From Vicugna vicugna (Eukaryota): a DNA stretch of 64,000 bases. A program made the translations under genes and the position numbers. This document shows, piece by piece, positions 25,481 to 38,835 of this stretch. The notes under the pieces are model-generated. The model had not been told where the DNA came from, did not search any database, and saw only the letters and a list, made by a program, of their open reading frames with translations. The stretch is taken from contig MU058844.1 of NCBI GenBank assembly GCA_013265495.1, positions 10,934,184 to 10,998,183 on the forward strand. The letters run 5' to 3'. Each line of letters begins with the position of its first letter. Within the stretch, counting starts at the first letter, position 1.

Positions 25481-28400
25481 TATTACATTGTTTGACTTTT
25501 CTATCAAGCTTATCTTTTGAAAAACGACCTTTTCCTAATCAGATAGGTTCTAACTGCTAATTGATAATCAAACACTACAAAGTTATTAAGTTAGAAAGTA
25601 AAATTACTAAATAAAAATTCTTACTACCTTCTCTAAAATAATTGCTTTTAATAACTTTTTGATTTATTAGTATTAATTATTTCAGACATAGGATAAAATT
25701 ATTAATTATTTTCTGCAACCCTATTTTGACCCCTTTTTCTTCAGTGAACAACCTTAAATTTCACCTTAAAATTACCCTGTAATTAGCAGATACTCACTTG
25801 AATCAACAGAACAGAAGAGAGCTGAATTAGAGATAGGTTGCAATATGGCACCAAATAGTCCCTCTGCCTTGTCCCTTTATTGGGCATTTAAGGCATTGTC
25901 ACATTGAAAATACAATGTTCAGATACAAGACTATTAATTAGAACCATTATGGTAAAAAATAATACTAGATTATTAGACAGAATCCAACTGATAACATTTT
26001 GTTTCATTATTCTTCCCGAAGCGCAGGACTTAACAGCATCTTCAGGACTCTGGGGTTCTGAAGAAGAATTTTGGTTTTATGTTACATTCCTGGTTCATGC
26101 TGATAGACTTTGACCTTCAGCTTCATCAACATTATTTCCATTTTATTCTCTTCTTATACAGGAAAGTTTGGATTGAAACTTATATTTCCAGACGATCACA
26201 AGAGAAATTAAATTCTAGCTTTCATATTCTTTGTTCTTGAAATGAATGTACGTGCTATACCGGGTTAATTTCTGTTAGATAAATACGTGTGACTGGAGGC
26301 ATGATTCAGAATGTGTTAGAATTCACTAGATACTTTAACATAACTGTTGGTAACAGCATGACATGTCTTAAGAACAGTCTCAGATTTCCCCCAACTGCCC
26401 TGTTTGTTGTATCATTTCTCTCTCTCAAATTCTGGATTTTTAAAAAACTTACGTTTCCTGTTGTTTTTTGTTTTTGCTTTCTAATGAAGCCACAGACTTT
26501 TCTAAGATCATAGTTCTTCTCCATGACTTTTATTTTTTAAAGCACTGTATTAAGGGTTGGCTATATTAAATTATTTAATTGACCCAAGAGTAAAATACGC
26601 TTAGAAATAAATATAAAGTCATCTCTATTGCTAAACTGCACCATCTTTTAGAAATGATTACATTCCGGGGAATGATTTATACACAAGGCAAAACATCTGA
26701 TGATGTATCTTACATAAATTATTCTCAATTGAATACGAGTCAAATATTTAGACTTTAGAATGGAATACAGAGGACTCTAACAGGAGTTACTCATGAGATC
26801 AGCCAAGAAGAGAAACTGTCCAAAACTCCTTTATTGCTATTATAAGTTACATCTTTTTAAGCTATCACTTCACTCCCACCTCATGAGGGAATTTTTTTAA
26901 AAATTCGCATCAATTAGTAATACTTAATTCAAGTTCAAATGCATACTTTCAAATCCCAGTGGAAGAAAATGGTGAGAAATACTAAAACACGTAGTACTGA
27001 GAGATCTACAGACTTTTTAGCAGAAGCATGCAGAAAAGCATTGGGATAAATGAACAGAAATGCAGGCAGAGCCTCCTCTTAAGGAGGGGGCATTGTGCTA
27101 CAGACGGTTGGAGGCTACGGATGCCTTACTCCTAATGATAATCCCAAAGTCAAATGGGACAAAGGCAAGCTTTGTAACAATGGGGGCCTTAAATTCTCCT
27201 GACAACCTTATTGTAATAAAAGCGGAAAAGCTAACATATGCTTTCCTTGCCATGCTAACAATTTTATCTAGAGAAGGAAAACAAAATTATTAGGATCATT
27301 CCTCTTCCATGCTTCATTCAAAGCAACGAGGAGGAGGATGATAGCAACCAGTGAGAAACACACCCTGGACATTTGGGTAGGTCATTTCAAAAGGATCAAA
27401 AAAATGCGGGCATGATTCCATGGTCCGAATTACAGAAATGGGACATATCTCATAGCGAATGCAAGATACAGAATAAAGAATAAAGTCATGCCTCATAGTA
27501 TAGTCTTAGAGCAAAACTTCTAGTTGAATTATTTAGGATGATAGTAAAATTAAATCTGTTTTAACCAATTTCTCATAAAAATAATCTTACATAAAGATTG
27601 GGTTTCCAAAGGATCCCAAGAAATTCCTGGGGTTCAGTATGCAGCTAGAACCTGAACGCAACCTGGTAATGATTATTGGAAGTTCCACTTAACTCACCAG
27701 CAGCAAAGACAGAGGTTGACACATTAAGGCTGCATGAGAAGTAAGAAAAGAAACACGTCAGGAGAGGGGGTAGTGCAGGCAGATGAGGGGCTCTGGAAGC
27801 CACAGCCTCGGCACAGACAAGACTGGGGTTCTGAAGGGCTGCTGCTGGGGAAGGGTTGTAGTACTTCCCTCATTTGGAAGACGAGACCCAGAAATACGAA
27901 AATCGGGCACCAAACAAGCAGTAAGCATCTGCATATTGCTTTAAAAAATTCCTGATGAAACTGGATATACATTAAAGTTTTCTCTACAAATGAATAAGCA
28001 TTTTTTTAACACATCTGTGCTATAGAATCACAGGTTAAATTCTCCATTCAAATTGAGAGAGGACATTTACTAAAAATGTGTTAGAACTCACATTTTTAAA
28101 TGAATGCAACTTGTAATGGAACACCTCTAAGTTCACACTGGTATGAAGATACCGACAAGAAAATAGGTTTCTAAATACTATCCAGAATATAAAAAGCATA
28201 TGTAATAAGTAACCATCGCAGGGAGACTGTCATGTTGCTGATACCTATGTGGTTATTACATTTTTGATTTTGATATATTATCTCTATTTGATTCCCACGA
28301 ATGTTTAAGATTCATATTTATTTTTGTCACTTAGGAGTTCTCTATAAATGTATTTTTCCTTTCTGTTTCTTCCATTGCTCAGTTATGATAGCATAGTAAA

Positions 28401-29439
28401 ATTAAGTCTGTTTTAAAATTTTTATGAAATTCAATATTTTATACATGATCATGAAAAAAAGAAGTATAAGGATGTTTTATTAAGAGTATAGATATATCTC
28501 CCAATGGAAGAAATATCTCAGATTTGATCCAGAACTTTTATTGCAAGCATTTAACCTTGAGAAGAAATCTCTTCTCTGGCCTATTTATTGAATATCATTA
28601 GTGAAGCATACATATTAGAATCATTAGTTAAGAATGTAGAGAAGAACCCATGAGAAAAATGAAGCACTATTAGATGTTTCCAGAAACAAAGCCTTTTCTT
28701 AAAAGAAATGCATTAAAATAAAAGTGATTCTAATGATGTAATGCTTCCTCCTTCCCTCCTGACCCTTTGTGGTGCATGACTTCATTCTAGAAACCTTATC
28801 TCTCAGAATTAGTTAAGCATGTAATCTGCTCATTTCTTCAGACATGCCTCAGGACTCTTTATCTGTTTCACTCCAATCTAAGGATTATAACCTTCACACA
28901 GAATTACAGCTATTTCCTTCACATTTAAGGCACCCCTGAAATGAGGTCTTATGCTGTTGTGTTTTCTATTATATAATTCCCACAATAACATGATGCTTAT
29001 CCCACATGCAATAACCATATTCTACTTTTTTAAGGAATAAAACAGGCCAATGATTACCTGGGAAACTAAACACAACCGTGTTTTGTGATCAATTGTGATA
29101 AAGATATAAAAATCATCTATTTCTAGTAAGACTTAAAATATTCAAGGTTGAGAAGAATTTGACCCACACAACTGCATTCGAATTTGGTTTCACACACGGG
29201 AGGAAAATATATGAAATATTTAAAAAGTGTGTCAACGAACCAAGGTAAAGCACTATTATCAAATGAACAGCTAGATGAGACTTTTTGGAACCTAAATAGG
29301 TACCAAGAAGTATATAAAAAACCTAAACATTTATAATCTTATTTACTCCTCCAAACACTTCTACAAAGGAAGAGAGGGTGGAATAACACTTCTCTGAGAA
29401 TTTCTGATACAGTTCTAATTTTTGGAAGTGATTCATGTT

Positions 29440-30960
29440 TCACATACTTAAAAAAAGATAAATCGACAAGATGAGGGGGAGGAACCCAAATCTAAAAATC
29501 CAAAACAGAAATAAGAACAGTCACACGTCAAAGCAATTCCAGAGCTACATTGGGTGTAGGGGCAGAGGGGGAGAATTCAGGTAACTTTGAAACTATCTGG
29601 ACTTTGAATATTTGAACTATAAATCTTCAATCTGAAGACATAAAAGAACACCAAGCAAATATGGAATTCTACACAGGAGGTATCTTTTTACAGATTCGTT
29701 GGTTAATAATCTTGAAACTAATTTCTATGTATTCTAGAATTGAACAAACAAATACATTGTGGATAATGAGATCGAGGCTTTGGACTGTCAGAGAAGGGAG
29801 TTACAAATGTGAGAAAGGAGGAAGATATAATTAACTCCATGATGTTGACCAGAATTGGAAGTATCAGCTTGAAGCTACAACTTTTACGACACAGATAGAA
29901 AGGAAGGAAGGAGGGAGGGAAGGAGGAAATACACACGTGTGTGCATATGTATATTCATGGCCGTGCATACACCCCTATCTCTGTGCGTGTGTCCCACGTT
30001 CTATCTGCTGAGAAGGCCTGGAAGGAATGACATCCAGCAGCAGCAAGAAGTCCACCAGGCTCTAAGATCTTGCTTTCAAAATACTTTTCTTTCACTGAAA
30101 TAAACCGAGGCATTTTGGTGAAACTGATTCCAGGTGAAAGCCAGGGAAAATAAGAGTCTGAAGTGGTTTCTTACACCAGAAATTGGGGATGTACTCACAT
30201 AATAATGGAATCATCCAAAGGAAGTAAGAGCCAGCTTGAGGAGAGATCCCCCTACCCAAATCTCGACCAATTTGAGCATCAAAATAATTATAAGAAATAT
30301 AAGCTTAACTAGTAAACACATTCCTGGTAGACAGAAAATTAACAAAGTGGTCGAAGTGCAAAGGACACATCTTCACTTTGTTATCTCTACCAAAAGTGCA
30401 CAAGTCCATCGAATTATGAGAAAATAATGGACCAACCTAAATTGACAGCCAGTCTGCAAACTAACTGGTCTACATCATTTACAAAATATCTATGTCATGA
30501 AACAGTATCAAGACTGAGGAACTATTTCAGAGTACAGGAAATTAGAGAGACAGGAAAATTGAATGCAAAGCATAAGATGGTAGTTGCTTTGGATATAAAA
30601 GACATTATTGGGACAACTGCTGAAAACTGAATAGGGTCTGTAGATTAGATAATAGTATTATGACTAGTAAATGTTAATTTCCTGATTTATGTAAGATAAT
30701 GTCTTTATTTTTAGGAAATACACACTCAAGTATTGAAAAGAGGAAGGGGGAATCGTGCCTGCAACTTATTCTCAAGTGGTTCAGGGCAATAATCATACCC
30801 ACACAGAGACAGAAAAAGGGAGAGAAGGAGGGGGAGAGACAGAGAAAGTAATAACATTTGGGGATTCCAAGTGAAGTGCACACAGGAATGGTTTGCACGT
30901 TTCTTGAATTTTTTTTTCCTATAACTCTGAAATCATGTCAAATAAAAAGTATTTTTTAAA
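29440..30960 (+). mobile_element. Ancient L1 3' UTR (L1MC-type), about 1.5 kb
   Basis: L1MC-type blocks ggactgtcagagaagggagttacaaat, gaattggaagtatcag, gacattattgggacaactgctgaaaactgaatagggtctgtagattagataatagtatt, tttttaggaaatacacactcaagtatt, gcaacttattctcaagtggttcag; ends aaataaaaag. Confidence 0.85.
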
Positions 30961-31050
30961 AGCCCCGTGATATACTTTAACTACTACCCTGATTTAAGGG
31001 GAAGTCAACTCCACACTTAGAGTCACACACAAAGCACTGCAGCCAAGATG

Positions 31051-31191
31051 CGAGTGCAAATCTAATTAATTTCCGCCTCTCAACTCCCAGCCGCCACCAC
31101 CGCGGCCACTACCGCTGCAGCCGGGCGCCGCCTCGCCAGGCTCCCTCTCTGGGAGAGTGTCTCACAAGTAAGTGCCAGCTGTCGTGCTTAC
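31051..31191. promoter_or_regulatory. Isolated CpG-rich patch containing a plus-strand exon-like unit (31091-31167)
   Basis: 11 CpGs in about 135 bp within AT-rich DNA; acceptor ttccgcctctcaactcccag and donor CAA|gtaagt. Confidence 0.45.
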
Positions 31192-31233
31192 CAAGGAGGA
31201 AAACAGTGAGAACCTTTGATCTAGAACCTGAAA

Positions 31234-31434
31234 CTGCATTTTTCAGTATGTTGTCACTATGTAACTACTATCCACATCTACCTATTTAAATTATTAAAAC
31301 AAAAAAATTGGGTCCTCAGTCGCACTAGTCACCTATTAAGTGGGCAGAAGCCGAAGGTGGCTACCAGCTACCACACAGGACTGCACAGATACAGAACATT
31401 TCCTTCATCTCAGAAAGTTCTACTGGACTGTGCT
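31234..31434 (-). mobile_element. MER3 non-autonomous hAT-Charlie DNA transposon
   Basis: cctcagtcgcactagtcac...cacagatacagaacatttccttcatctcagaaagttctactggactgtgct matches reverse-complemented MER3. Confidence 0.85.
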
Positions 31435-31534
31435 AGGCTCGACTCGACTGTTGTGAAATTAAAAAGGATGCTCCTTTTATCCATTCACAGTTGCATGCAG
31501 AGAGGATTCCCACATTTCAGCGTATGTGGGGAGG

Positions 31535-31740
31535 GTGCGCTGTGCTGGTTAGGGGTCTGAATCCTGACTGCCCAGGTTCAAGTCCAGACTCTACAACGTA
31601 CTAGCTGTGAGTCACTGGGCAAGTAATTTTGCAATTCTTTATTTAGGTTTTCCTCATCTGTAAAATGGGGATAGAGGAGTAGTCAACCTTGCGGAATTAT
31701 GTGAAGATTAAAAGAGTGGAGTTAAGTACTGAAAATAACA
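31535..31740 (+). mobile_element. MIR SINE
   Basis: gactgcccaggttcaagtccagactctacaacgtactagctgtgagtcactgggcaagtaa...ttttcctcatctgtaaaatggggata. Confidence 0.9.
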
Positions 31741-31896
31741 CGCCTTTATAACTCAGAGGGAATGTTTTAAGTCATATCAAGGGCAGAGTTAAAAATCTGC
31801 TATGTATAAAATAAGACAGGCATTTCATATCCATCAGATCCCTACTTAGGAAGGTAATCAAGTTTGGTGTGGTCTAACTTAATGACTTGTTTTAGA

Positions 31897-31956
31897 ATTT
31901 TATTTTATTTTATTTTATTTTATTTTATTGAGGTATAGTTGATTTACAATAGTGTT
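31897..31956 (-). mobile_element. Very short L1 3' terminus with (TTTTA)n tail
   Basis: (tttta)n followed by ttgaggtatagttgatttacaatagtgt; aatttta on both flanks. Confidence 0.75.
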
Positions 31957-32139
31957 AATTTTAAGGTCTCTTTCAATACAGAGACCCTATAATTCCATGA
32001 TACTAAGATGACTGCCCTATACTGTCTTAGAAATGGCTTTATGATGGTTAGCATTTATAATTTTCACAGATAATTTACATATGTCTCCTTAATAGAGACT
32101 AAGAAAATTGCTTTTAAAAATTTTACAAATAAATAAATT

Positions 32140-32230
32140 TACATTCTAAATTAAATCACTTGCCCAAAGCTAATAATCAGTAAGTGGCAAAGCCCAGGAT
32201 TCAAGATAGGTCTTGTAATTCCAAGATCTT
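32140..32230 (-). mobile_element. MIR fragment
   Basis: ttaaatcacttgcccaaag...agtaagtggcaaagcccaggattcaa. Confidence 0.75.
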
Positions 32231-32964
32231 TGTGCCATATAAACATAGTTATGCATTCATTATATATTTGTTGAGTAGACAGTATGTAGTGGACATGCTC
32301 GTACCTACTGGGAAAATAGTAATAAATACGGACAACTGTCTCCTACGTTCAGTATAAGGGACAGTGCAGTTCAAGATCTCCAAATTAATCATAGAATCTC
32401 ATGACTGAAAGAACTTTATTAGATTTAGGATTTCAAAGAAAAAAGTCAAGTAATTTTGTACCGCTCTGGGTTTGTGTAGCCCTAAGGAAACTTTTATAAA
32501 GAAATAATTAGATGTAACTTTTTGATACAAGATAAAATATACTGAAATTTCTGTAGTGATGGTCAAAAATGTGTTGTTTTTAGATTGTCTTTTCCATTTT
32601 AACAGCCCCATTTTATGGATTAGATGACTAAAGCCATGGATAATCTGTTATGGTCATAAAATGTGAGAGAAATAATTTAAAATCAGCGATGTTTGACCAG
32701 AACTCCTACTCTTAATTATCTCTTATGCTGAATCCTATTCTTTATAGAATGTTAGGAAAACATACCTAAGTATCAAAAGGATGAAATTAGTTACTTATAA
32801 TCATACTATGTAACAACGCTACTGAACATTTTGGTTTATTTCTTTTTAATCCTATTCATTCTGTGCTCATTAGGGTCTTAAGTATTATGAAAGTTATATT
32901 ACTAAGTAAGATGGATGCCTTTCCCTCCAAATATCAACGCTCCAGAGAAGGAAATATATGTTCT

Positions 32965-33085
32965 GTCAATAGTGCAGGGATTGAAAGTATGGATTCTAGA
33001 ATCAGACTGTTCAAAACTGAATCTTAGTACTTTATTTATAAGCAGCACAGTCTTGAACAAATTAGCTCATCTGTCTAAACTTTGA
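32965..33085 (+). mobile_element. MIR fragment
   Basis: aagtatggattctagaatcagactg...tgaatcttag...cttgaacaaattagctcatctgtct. Confidence 0.65.
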
Positions 33086-34289
33086 AATCCTAATCACTAA
33101 GGGTTCATTATTATCATCATCCTCCTCACCTTTATATGATGCACACTTGAGCGGGATAATAGAGGCAGAAGAAAAGTTCAGGGGAAACATGGAGGAGAAG
33201 GAAGGGAATGAATTTCAACTGAACAAACCACAGAAGTCTTTGAACTGCCAGCTGAGACTTAATTTATACATATAAAATAACAACAATATTTAATGGGCTT
33301 TTCCCCCTTTTCCTCAGTGAAAAAATATTCTCAACGAGGTTATATGGGCTTTTCAATTAAAAATGCTTATTTAGAGATCTTTTGGTTACAAAGCTTACAA
33401 AAAATGCATCTGACTCCACAAAGAAATGAAAAACATGTGAACTGGAAACTGAATTGCTTCTTGAATTTGTATTAGAGTGACCTCGATGTGTTTATTAAGC
33501 CATTCCAACATCCTGTAGCACACATCTATAAATAATATAATCACATGTTTATCTATGATGAGCATTCTGTGGTTTTAATTTCCATTTGTGGAATGATACC
33601 TATTAGGTCATAAAACAGCTCAGTGGCAGGAACCACATCTATAACTTTCTTTGTGACCTTGTAAACCATCTTATAAAAGCGCACAGAGCATCTTTGGTAA
33701 ATGTTTTATGAACAAGAAGTTGTCACTACGTTATTAACCTAGTCATGGATTCCCATGACTTTAATTTAGTTGACATTTTTCTTTCAAGTCTGTTAATAAA
33801 AAGAAGACAGGCTCCTACAGAGCCCTCAAAAATAAAAATATTTATATGTACTTTAAAATTTGGATTTTGGCAGTTAGTTTAGCAATTCATTCTCCCTTAG
33901 TATTTCAAAAGGACCAAATGTCATAGCTCTCTTGAGCAAAACACAACCTGATGATACTCTACAGGATATTGACATTAATATATGATGTCTGAGGCTGGCA
34001 ATGCATCCATAAATTGTTTCATGTATTGGTCTCTAGGGGAAGGAAAGCGTTTCTATTATGTCTGAGCCACATAATACACATTACTTAAATATTCCGGAGT
34101 CTTAGGAATTGTGTGATACACAATTAGAGTCTCTTGTACAGATAAAAATCTACCTTAAGAATCCTATTTAAGGATTTTAACCGTCTCCAGAGAAGCATTA
34201 ACACAGTATTTCACTATCCCATTCCAACCCCTGATGCACAGAACACGTGACACTACTTAGCATCCAACACCCTTTGTACTGGAGGGAGG

Positions 34290-34770
34290 CAACAGAAATC
34301 TCAAAATAGGGGGTGCATCTCTGTCTGAAACCAAGGGAAGCAGAGAACAGCTACGCAGGGCCCTGGAATCTTGGGCATGGATATCTAGTATGGGTTATGG
34401 GCCAATTACAGACACCATTCTGACTTGGACTTTGTATATTAACACAGTGAAGCAGAGATGTAAGGGGAGTCAGTGATTATTCTGGGCGTGGGAACAGGGG
34501 TGTCAGGTGACTGTGGCACAGATCACTGTCCACTGACAAAGGTACCAGTGGAAGAGTTCTAAGCAGACCATTCCCGTGGTCTACCTGATCCAGTTCTCTC
34601 TTCAGCTGTCCTGCTTCCCTTGACAACTTTCCTGATCTTGGATTCAGCAGATACGGAGAGTTCTTTGATAGCCTTCTAACACATCTTTGTTTTCTTTGTT
34701 TCACTGTTTTTTTGTTTTTTTGGCTCGAGTTCCCTAGAGCTGGTTTCTCTTGTTTGTAACCTAACACTAC
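34290..34770 (+). mobile_element. Ancient ERVL/MaLR-type solo LTR (LTR16-like)
   Basis: 3' end ctagagctggtttctcttgtttgtaacctaacac is typical of LTR16/MLT1-type termini; body heavily diverged. Confidence 0.45.
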
Positions 34771-35124
34771 TTCTATGCCTGTTGCAATTGTTTCTGAATG
34801 TCTGAATTATACAAATTCTTTATTACAAAAGCAGTAACTTTGTCGTCTAGGTGTTTGTATAACACACACAAGCACGAATACAGATATTAAAATAATTGAT
34901 GCCATTAATGACTCTACCATCTAGCAGTATTTTAAAATTCTGTTTCATAATCTTCATATCTCCCTTTGTCTTCAAATCTCAGTCTCAATTACTCTCTCTC
35001 TCTTTCTAAATACATCACTTATGTATTTTAAGATAGCACCATAATACTACCTTGAAATTTGAATTTTGATTTAGAATCTCATCAACATTTGATAGAAATT
35101 GAAGGTTTTTCCTGAGCATCACCA

Positions 35125-35260
35125 TACAGGATGCATAGTATTTCCTTGTATGGATACCCTATAATTAATACTATAATTGTTGGCCATTTAGACTGTAGCC
35201 TTTTCCCTCCCCATTACAAATACTTCAATGAGGAACATCCTTTATATAAAATTTGGCCCC
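35125..35260 (-). mobile_element. Ancient L1M fragment
   Basis: tgcatagtatttccttgtatggatacc...ttgttggccatttagactgt...attacaaatacttcaatgaggaacatcctttatata. Confidence 0.7.
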
Positions 35261-36289
35261 GACCAGTCTCTCTCTCTAGTTTTGTTTGTTCATTTTTGTC
35301 TAAGTGGTGCTCTCATGAATAATGCCACATGAATAACACACCTGTGATGAGGGTCACTTGCGCTGTTCAGGAGAGCACTGTTGGTTTAGCCAGTACAGTC
35401 TTTTCTACGTTACCTAGAGTTTTACCTCCCAAGCTTGAAAAAGAACCAAAATGTAACCAGCTCATAAGCCTACAGGACAGCGCTCTTGTCTCAGAGCCTG
35501 CACCTGTCAATTCTCTCAGTCAGTCAACCCAGCCCTGATGTAGCTCCACAGAAAAGCAAATTACACATGCATGCTGCATGGACGGATGCTGGCAGTATTA
35601 CAGGGAGGGATGAAGCTTTGGCAGGCATTCTGCCCAGAATGGAGAGAAGGGCTAGGGAAAGGCTCCTCTCACATCAGTGCTTTCCCAGTCCCCTCCCTGG
35701 AGGAATCAAACCCACACAGAGCATGTACGGTGCACTGTTTTATTTAAGGAAAAAAAAAAAAGTCCATGTTGCTACTGTACATTTCTGAGCTAAATTATTT
35801 TTAAAGGATTCGATATGGGAGTACTTAAAAACCTTACAAAGGACTTAAAATTCTCTTAACAACGTTTGGCTTTTAAAATTCCTAAAAGTTTTGTTCAATA
35901 TAAACATGAGTTCAATATAAACAACATGAAAATCGTTTAACTTAAGATTTAACTATTTTTTAATCCATCCAACGACTGATGCTTGACTTCTATCTTAGAC
36001 CCCAACTCTCGTTGGCTTTAAATTAAATATGAGCCAACATTATGAAACGATCATTTTAGAGCCTAATCTGATCAAGCGAGTGTGTTTATGTGCATCTGCG
36101 TAGCTGGGGGTGTTAATGTAAATATGGCCTCAAGAACAAGGTTAATGTCGGCCCTACTTTCTTCTGGGATGTTCAGACTAATGCCAGGGTCCTGCAGTCA
36201 ACTTGGAGCATGAAGACTAATTGGGCTTATATTCAGAAGACAAGATGGTAAAGAAATCAAAGCCATGACTCATAAAAAGCTGCCTAGGG

Positions 36290-36470
36290 CAGAGATGATG
36301 TAGGAATATGCATATAACTATCTTCAAATACTTGAAAGGCTGTTGTGTGGAATATGATTTGTTCTGTATAGCCACAAGGGGTTGAGCTATAGGTGGAAAT
36401 ATAAGAAAACATTTCAACTCAATACAGGAAACAAGTTTCTAATAAAACACAGGGTCAGCTATAACTGCTT
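36290..36470 (+). mobile_element. L3/CR1 LINE fragment
   Basis: ataactatcttcaaatacttgaaaggctgttgtgtggaa...ttgttctgtatagccacaaggg...atttcaactcaatacaggaaacaagtttctaataa. Confidence 0.75.
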
Positions 36471-37709
36471 TGAGAATTTATACTGAGACTGTGAAAAGAA
36501 AGGTTTTCGAGTTTATATTACTAGGACAGAAATGAGGCAGCAAAACAGTTATTAAACACTACGGCTTCATAAATAGTAAGCCCAGAGACCTGGACAGAGA
36601 ATAGAGCTCTAGGTGTAATTAAAAGGGGGTTTTCATAGTGTCAGTGATATAACTAACTGAGGTCCTTACAGATCAAGTACCTTCTCTATGGCACCAATAG
36701 TAAAAGAAAATGTAGAGTTCAGAGGAACACATCAACAGTAAGCAATAAACCAACTGTATCTGGTGGTGCATACACAAAAAGGCAATATAGAAGGGAAATA
36801 AATGGAATTCACTAGACTGAACTTCAGAAGAAAGAAAGAGGAAGTATCATCAAAGGAATGTTGGTTTCAATAACCAAATCTGAGCCCTCCTCGAGTATTC
36901 TTTATTTAAAAAAAGAAGTGTTGAACGCCCTTCTTTGCAACTACCTTTATCATCACTTACTTCCCATAAGACTTTTGGTTTCACCATGATTCTGATATTA
37001 TGTAGTGGAAAACCTATGCATTGGGCTAAGTAAGTTATTCAGACTTTTCAGTGAAATTAAGAGAAGATCCTGGCTCAACCAATGGGTCCTATACATGATT
37101 TCAAATCCTGTCTGGCTGGTTCAGCTACGGAGCTGAGCTACTTGATGTTAAAAATAAATAAATAAAAACAAAAATCAACCACTGAAACCTGAGTCTTCCA
37201 CTGGGGTTCTTTGTCTTTTAGCTTTTCCTATCATTTTTTAGCACAGTCTACCATTTAATTAAAATAAGACTGGATTTCATTTAGGCCCAGAAACATCTTA
37301 TTAAACTCTACAGCAAAACATCCCAATAAACATGACATAATGAAATACCAATATGTTAAATATAAATTTAAAAAAAATCAATTTCTATCTTCATGTATTT
37401 GGGAATCTTAATAAAAGTATAGAGAATCTGGGATGGAAAGTGGCCAACAAAGCCCAGAAGACTGTTTCAAACATAATGATTTTCTCTCTTAATCAGTTCA
37501 TATTATTCTTCCTAAAAGTATCTCTGGTAGCCATTTTCAATATCCAGTGTAATTGTAAAAGGACTTAAAATCTTACAATAACTTCAGAATTATACTCAGC
37601 ACAAGTAGAAGGAAGAAACACTTTTTGAAACTTATTTTGACAAGATTTGTTGTGATGTCAAATGAGGAGAAAAAATGGCAGGAAAATAGATATTAAATGC
37701 ACTATAAAT

Positions 37710-37991
37710 ACAGACTCATAAAGAAAACAAACGTATGGTTACCGGGGGACAAGAGGGTAGGAAGGAATAAATTGGGAGTTCAAGATTTGCAGATACTAAC
37801 TAATACATATATATATAAAATAGATAAACAACAAGTTCATACTGTATAGCACAGGGGACTACATTCAATATCCTGTAGTAACTTATGGTGAAAAATACGA
37901 AAACAAATACACGTATGTTCATGCATGACTGAAGCATTATCACGTACACCAGAAACTGACAACAGTGCAAACTGACTATACTTCAATAAAA
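37710..37991 (+). mobile_element. Young L1 3' end, 5' truncated
   Basis: aaacaaacgtatggttacc...gggagttcaagatttgcagatactaac...ctgtatagcacagggg...gtacaccagaaactgac...aactgactatacttcaataaaa. Confidence 0.92.
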
Positions 37992-38204
37992 TATATATAT
38001 ATTTTATTGTAACAGAGACAGAAAACTTTCCACAAGTGCATTTGACAAACTTGAAATGGTAAAAGTTGTCATTTTGAATACTGGGCAATTAATAACAGCT
38101 AAAATCCCTTTGATATATTCCTACTTTTATTTCCCTTTTGCCTCCATTATCTTATCCTAATTCTAGTTTCTACTTCTAAGGCCAGAAGCTTTATCATTGC
38201 AACC

Positions 38205-38374
38205 TGTGGTGCTTAAGCTTAGCTATGCATCAAAATTACCCGGTGGATTTTCAATATTGTTTCTGGGGTCCTACCTAAGACCCCTGACTCAGTCTCAAGA
38301 GGGACTTTGAAACTTGCTGTTTAAAAAAAATCTCTGCAGATGCTTCTGTAACAGGGGTACTTGGGAACCACTGC
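38205..38374. mobile_element. MER5-type hAT-Charlie MITE
   Basis: gtggtgcttaagcttagctatgcatcaaaattacc...ttgggaaccactg with MER5-like termini. Confidence 0.7.
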
Positions 38375-38384
38375 TTGGGATCCA

Positions 38385-38835
38385 TGGACCTATTATTAAA
38401 ATAGTCCCCTAACTGTAATTTTACCTGCACAATCATCCCCTGGGTTCTAACCACTTCTTCACACTCCCTAAAGCATCTTTTCAATGATAGTACCTCTTGA
38501 TTCTAAAACGTTTAACAACTCATAGTAGATGTTCAGACTAAATTTTTCAAGAGATTACCAGTCATCTTTCAAGGTACAGCTCAAAAGGCACTTCCTCTAA
38601 GATGCTACTTTCACAACTTGGGGTACGTCCTCATTTCCTATTTGGAACCCCCATTCATTCTGCATCACACATGTGATACAGACAACCTTCACTTTAGTAT
38701 TATAAGTGCCTGTACATGTTTTATTTCTGCATTAGACTGCACGTAAATTGAGGACAGGTGCAATGGATTATCACGCTCTGTTTACTGCACACATGTCTCA
38801 CAAAAGTAGATATTCATTTCTATGAATTAATGCAT
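38385..38835 (+). mobile_element. L2 3' region (degraded)
   Basis: catctttcaaggtacagctcaaaaggcacttcctct...attagactgcacgtaaattgaggacagg...atgaattaatg. Confidence 0.65.
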
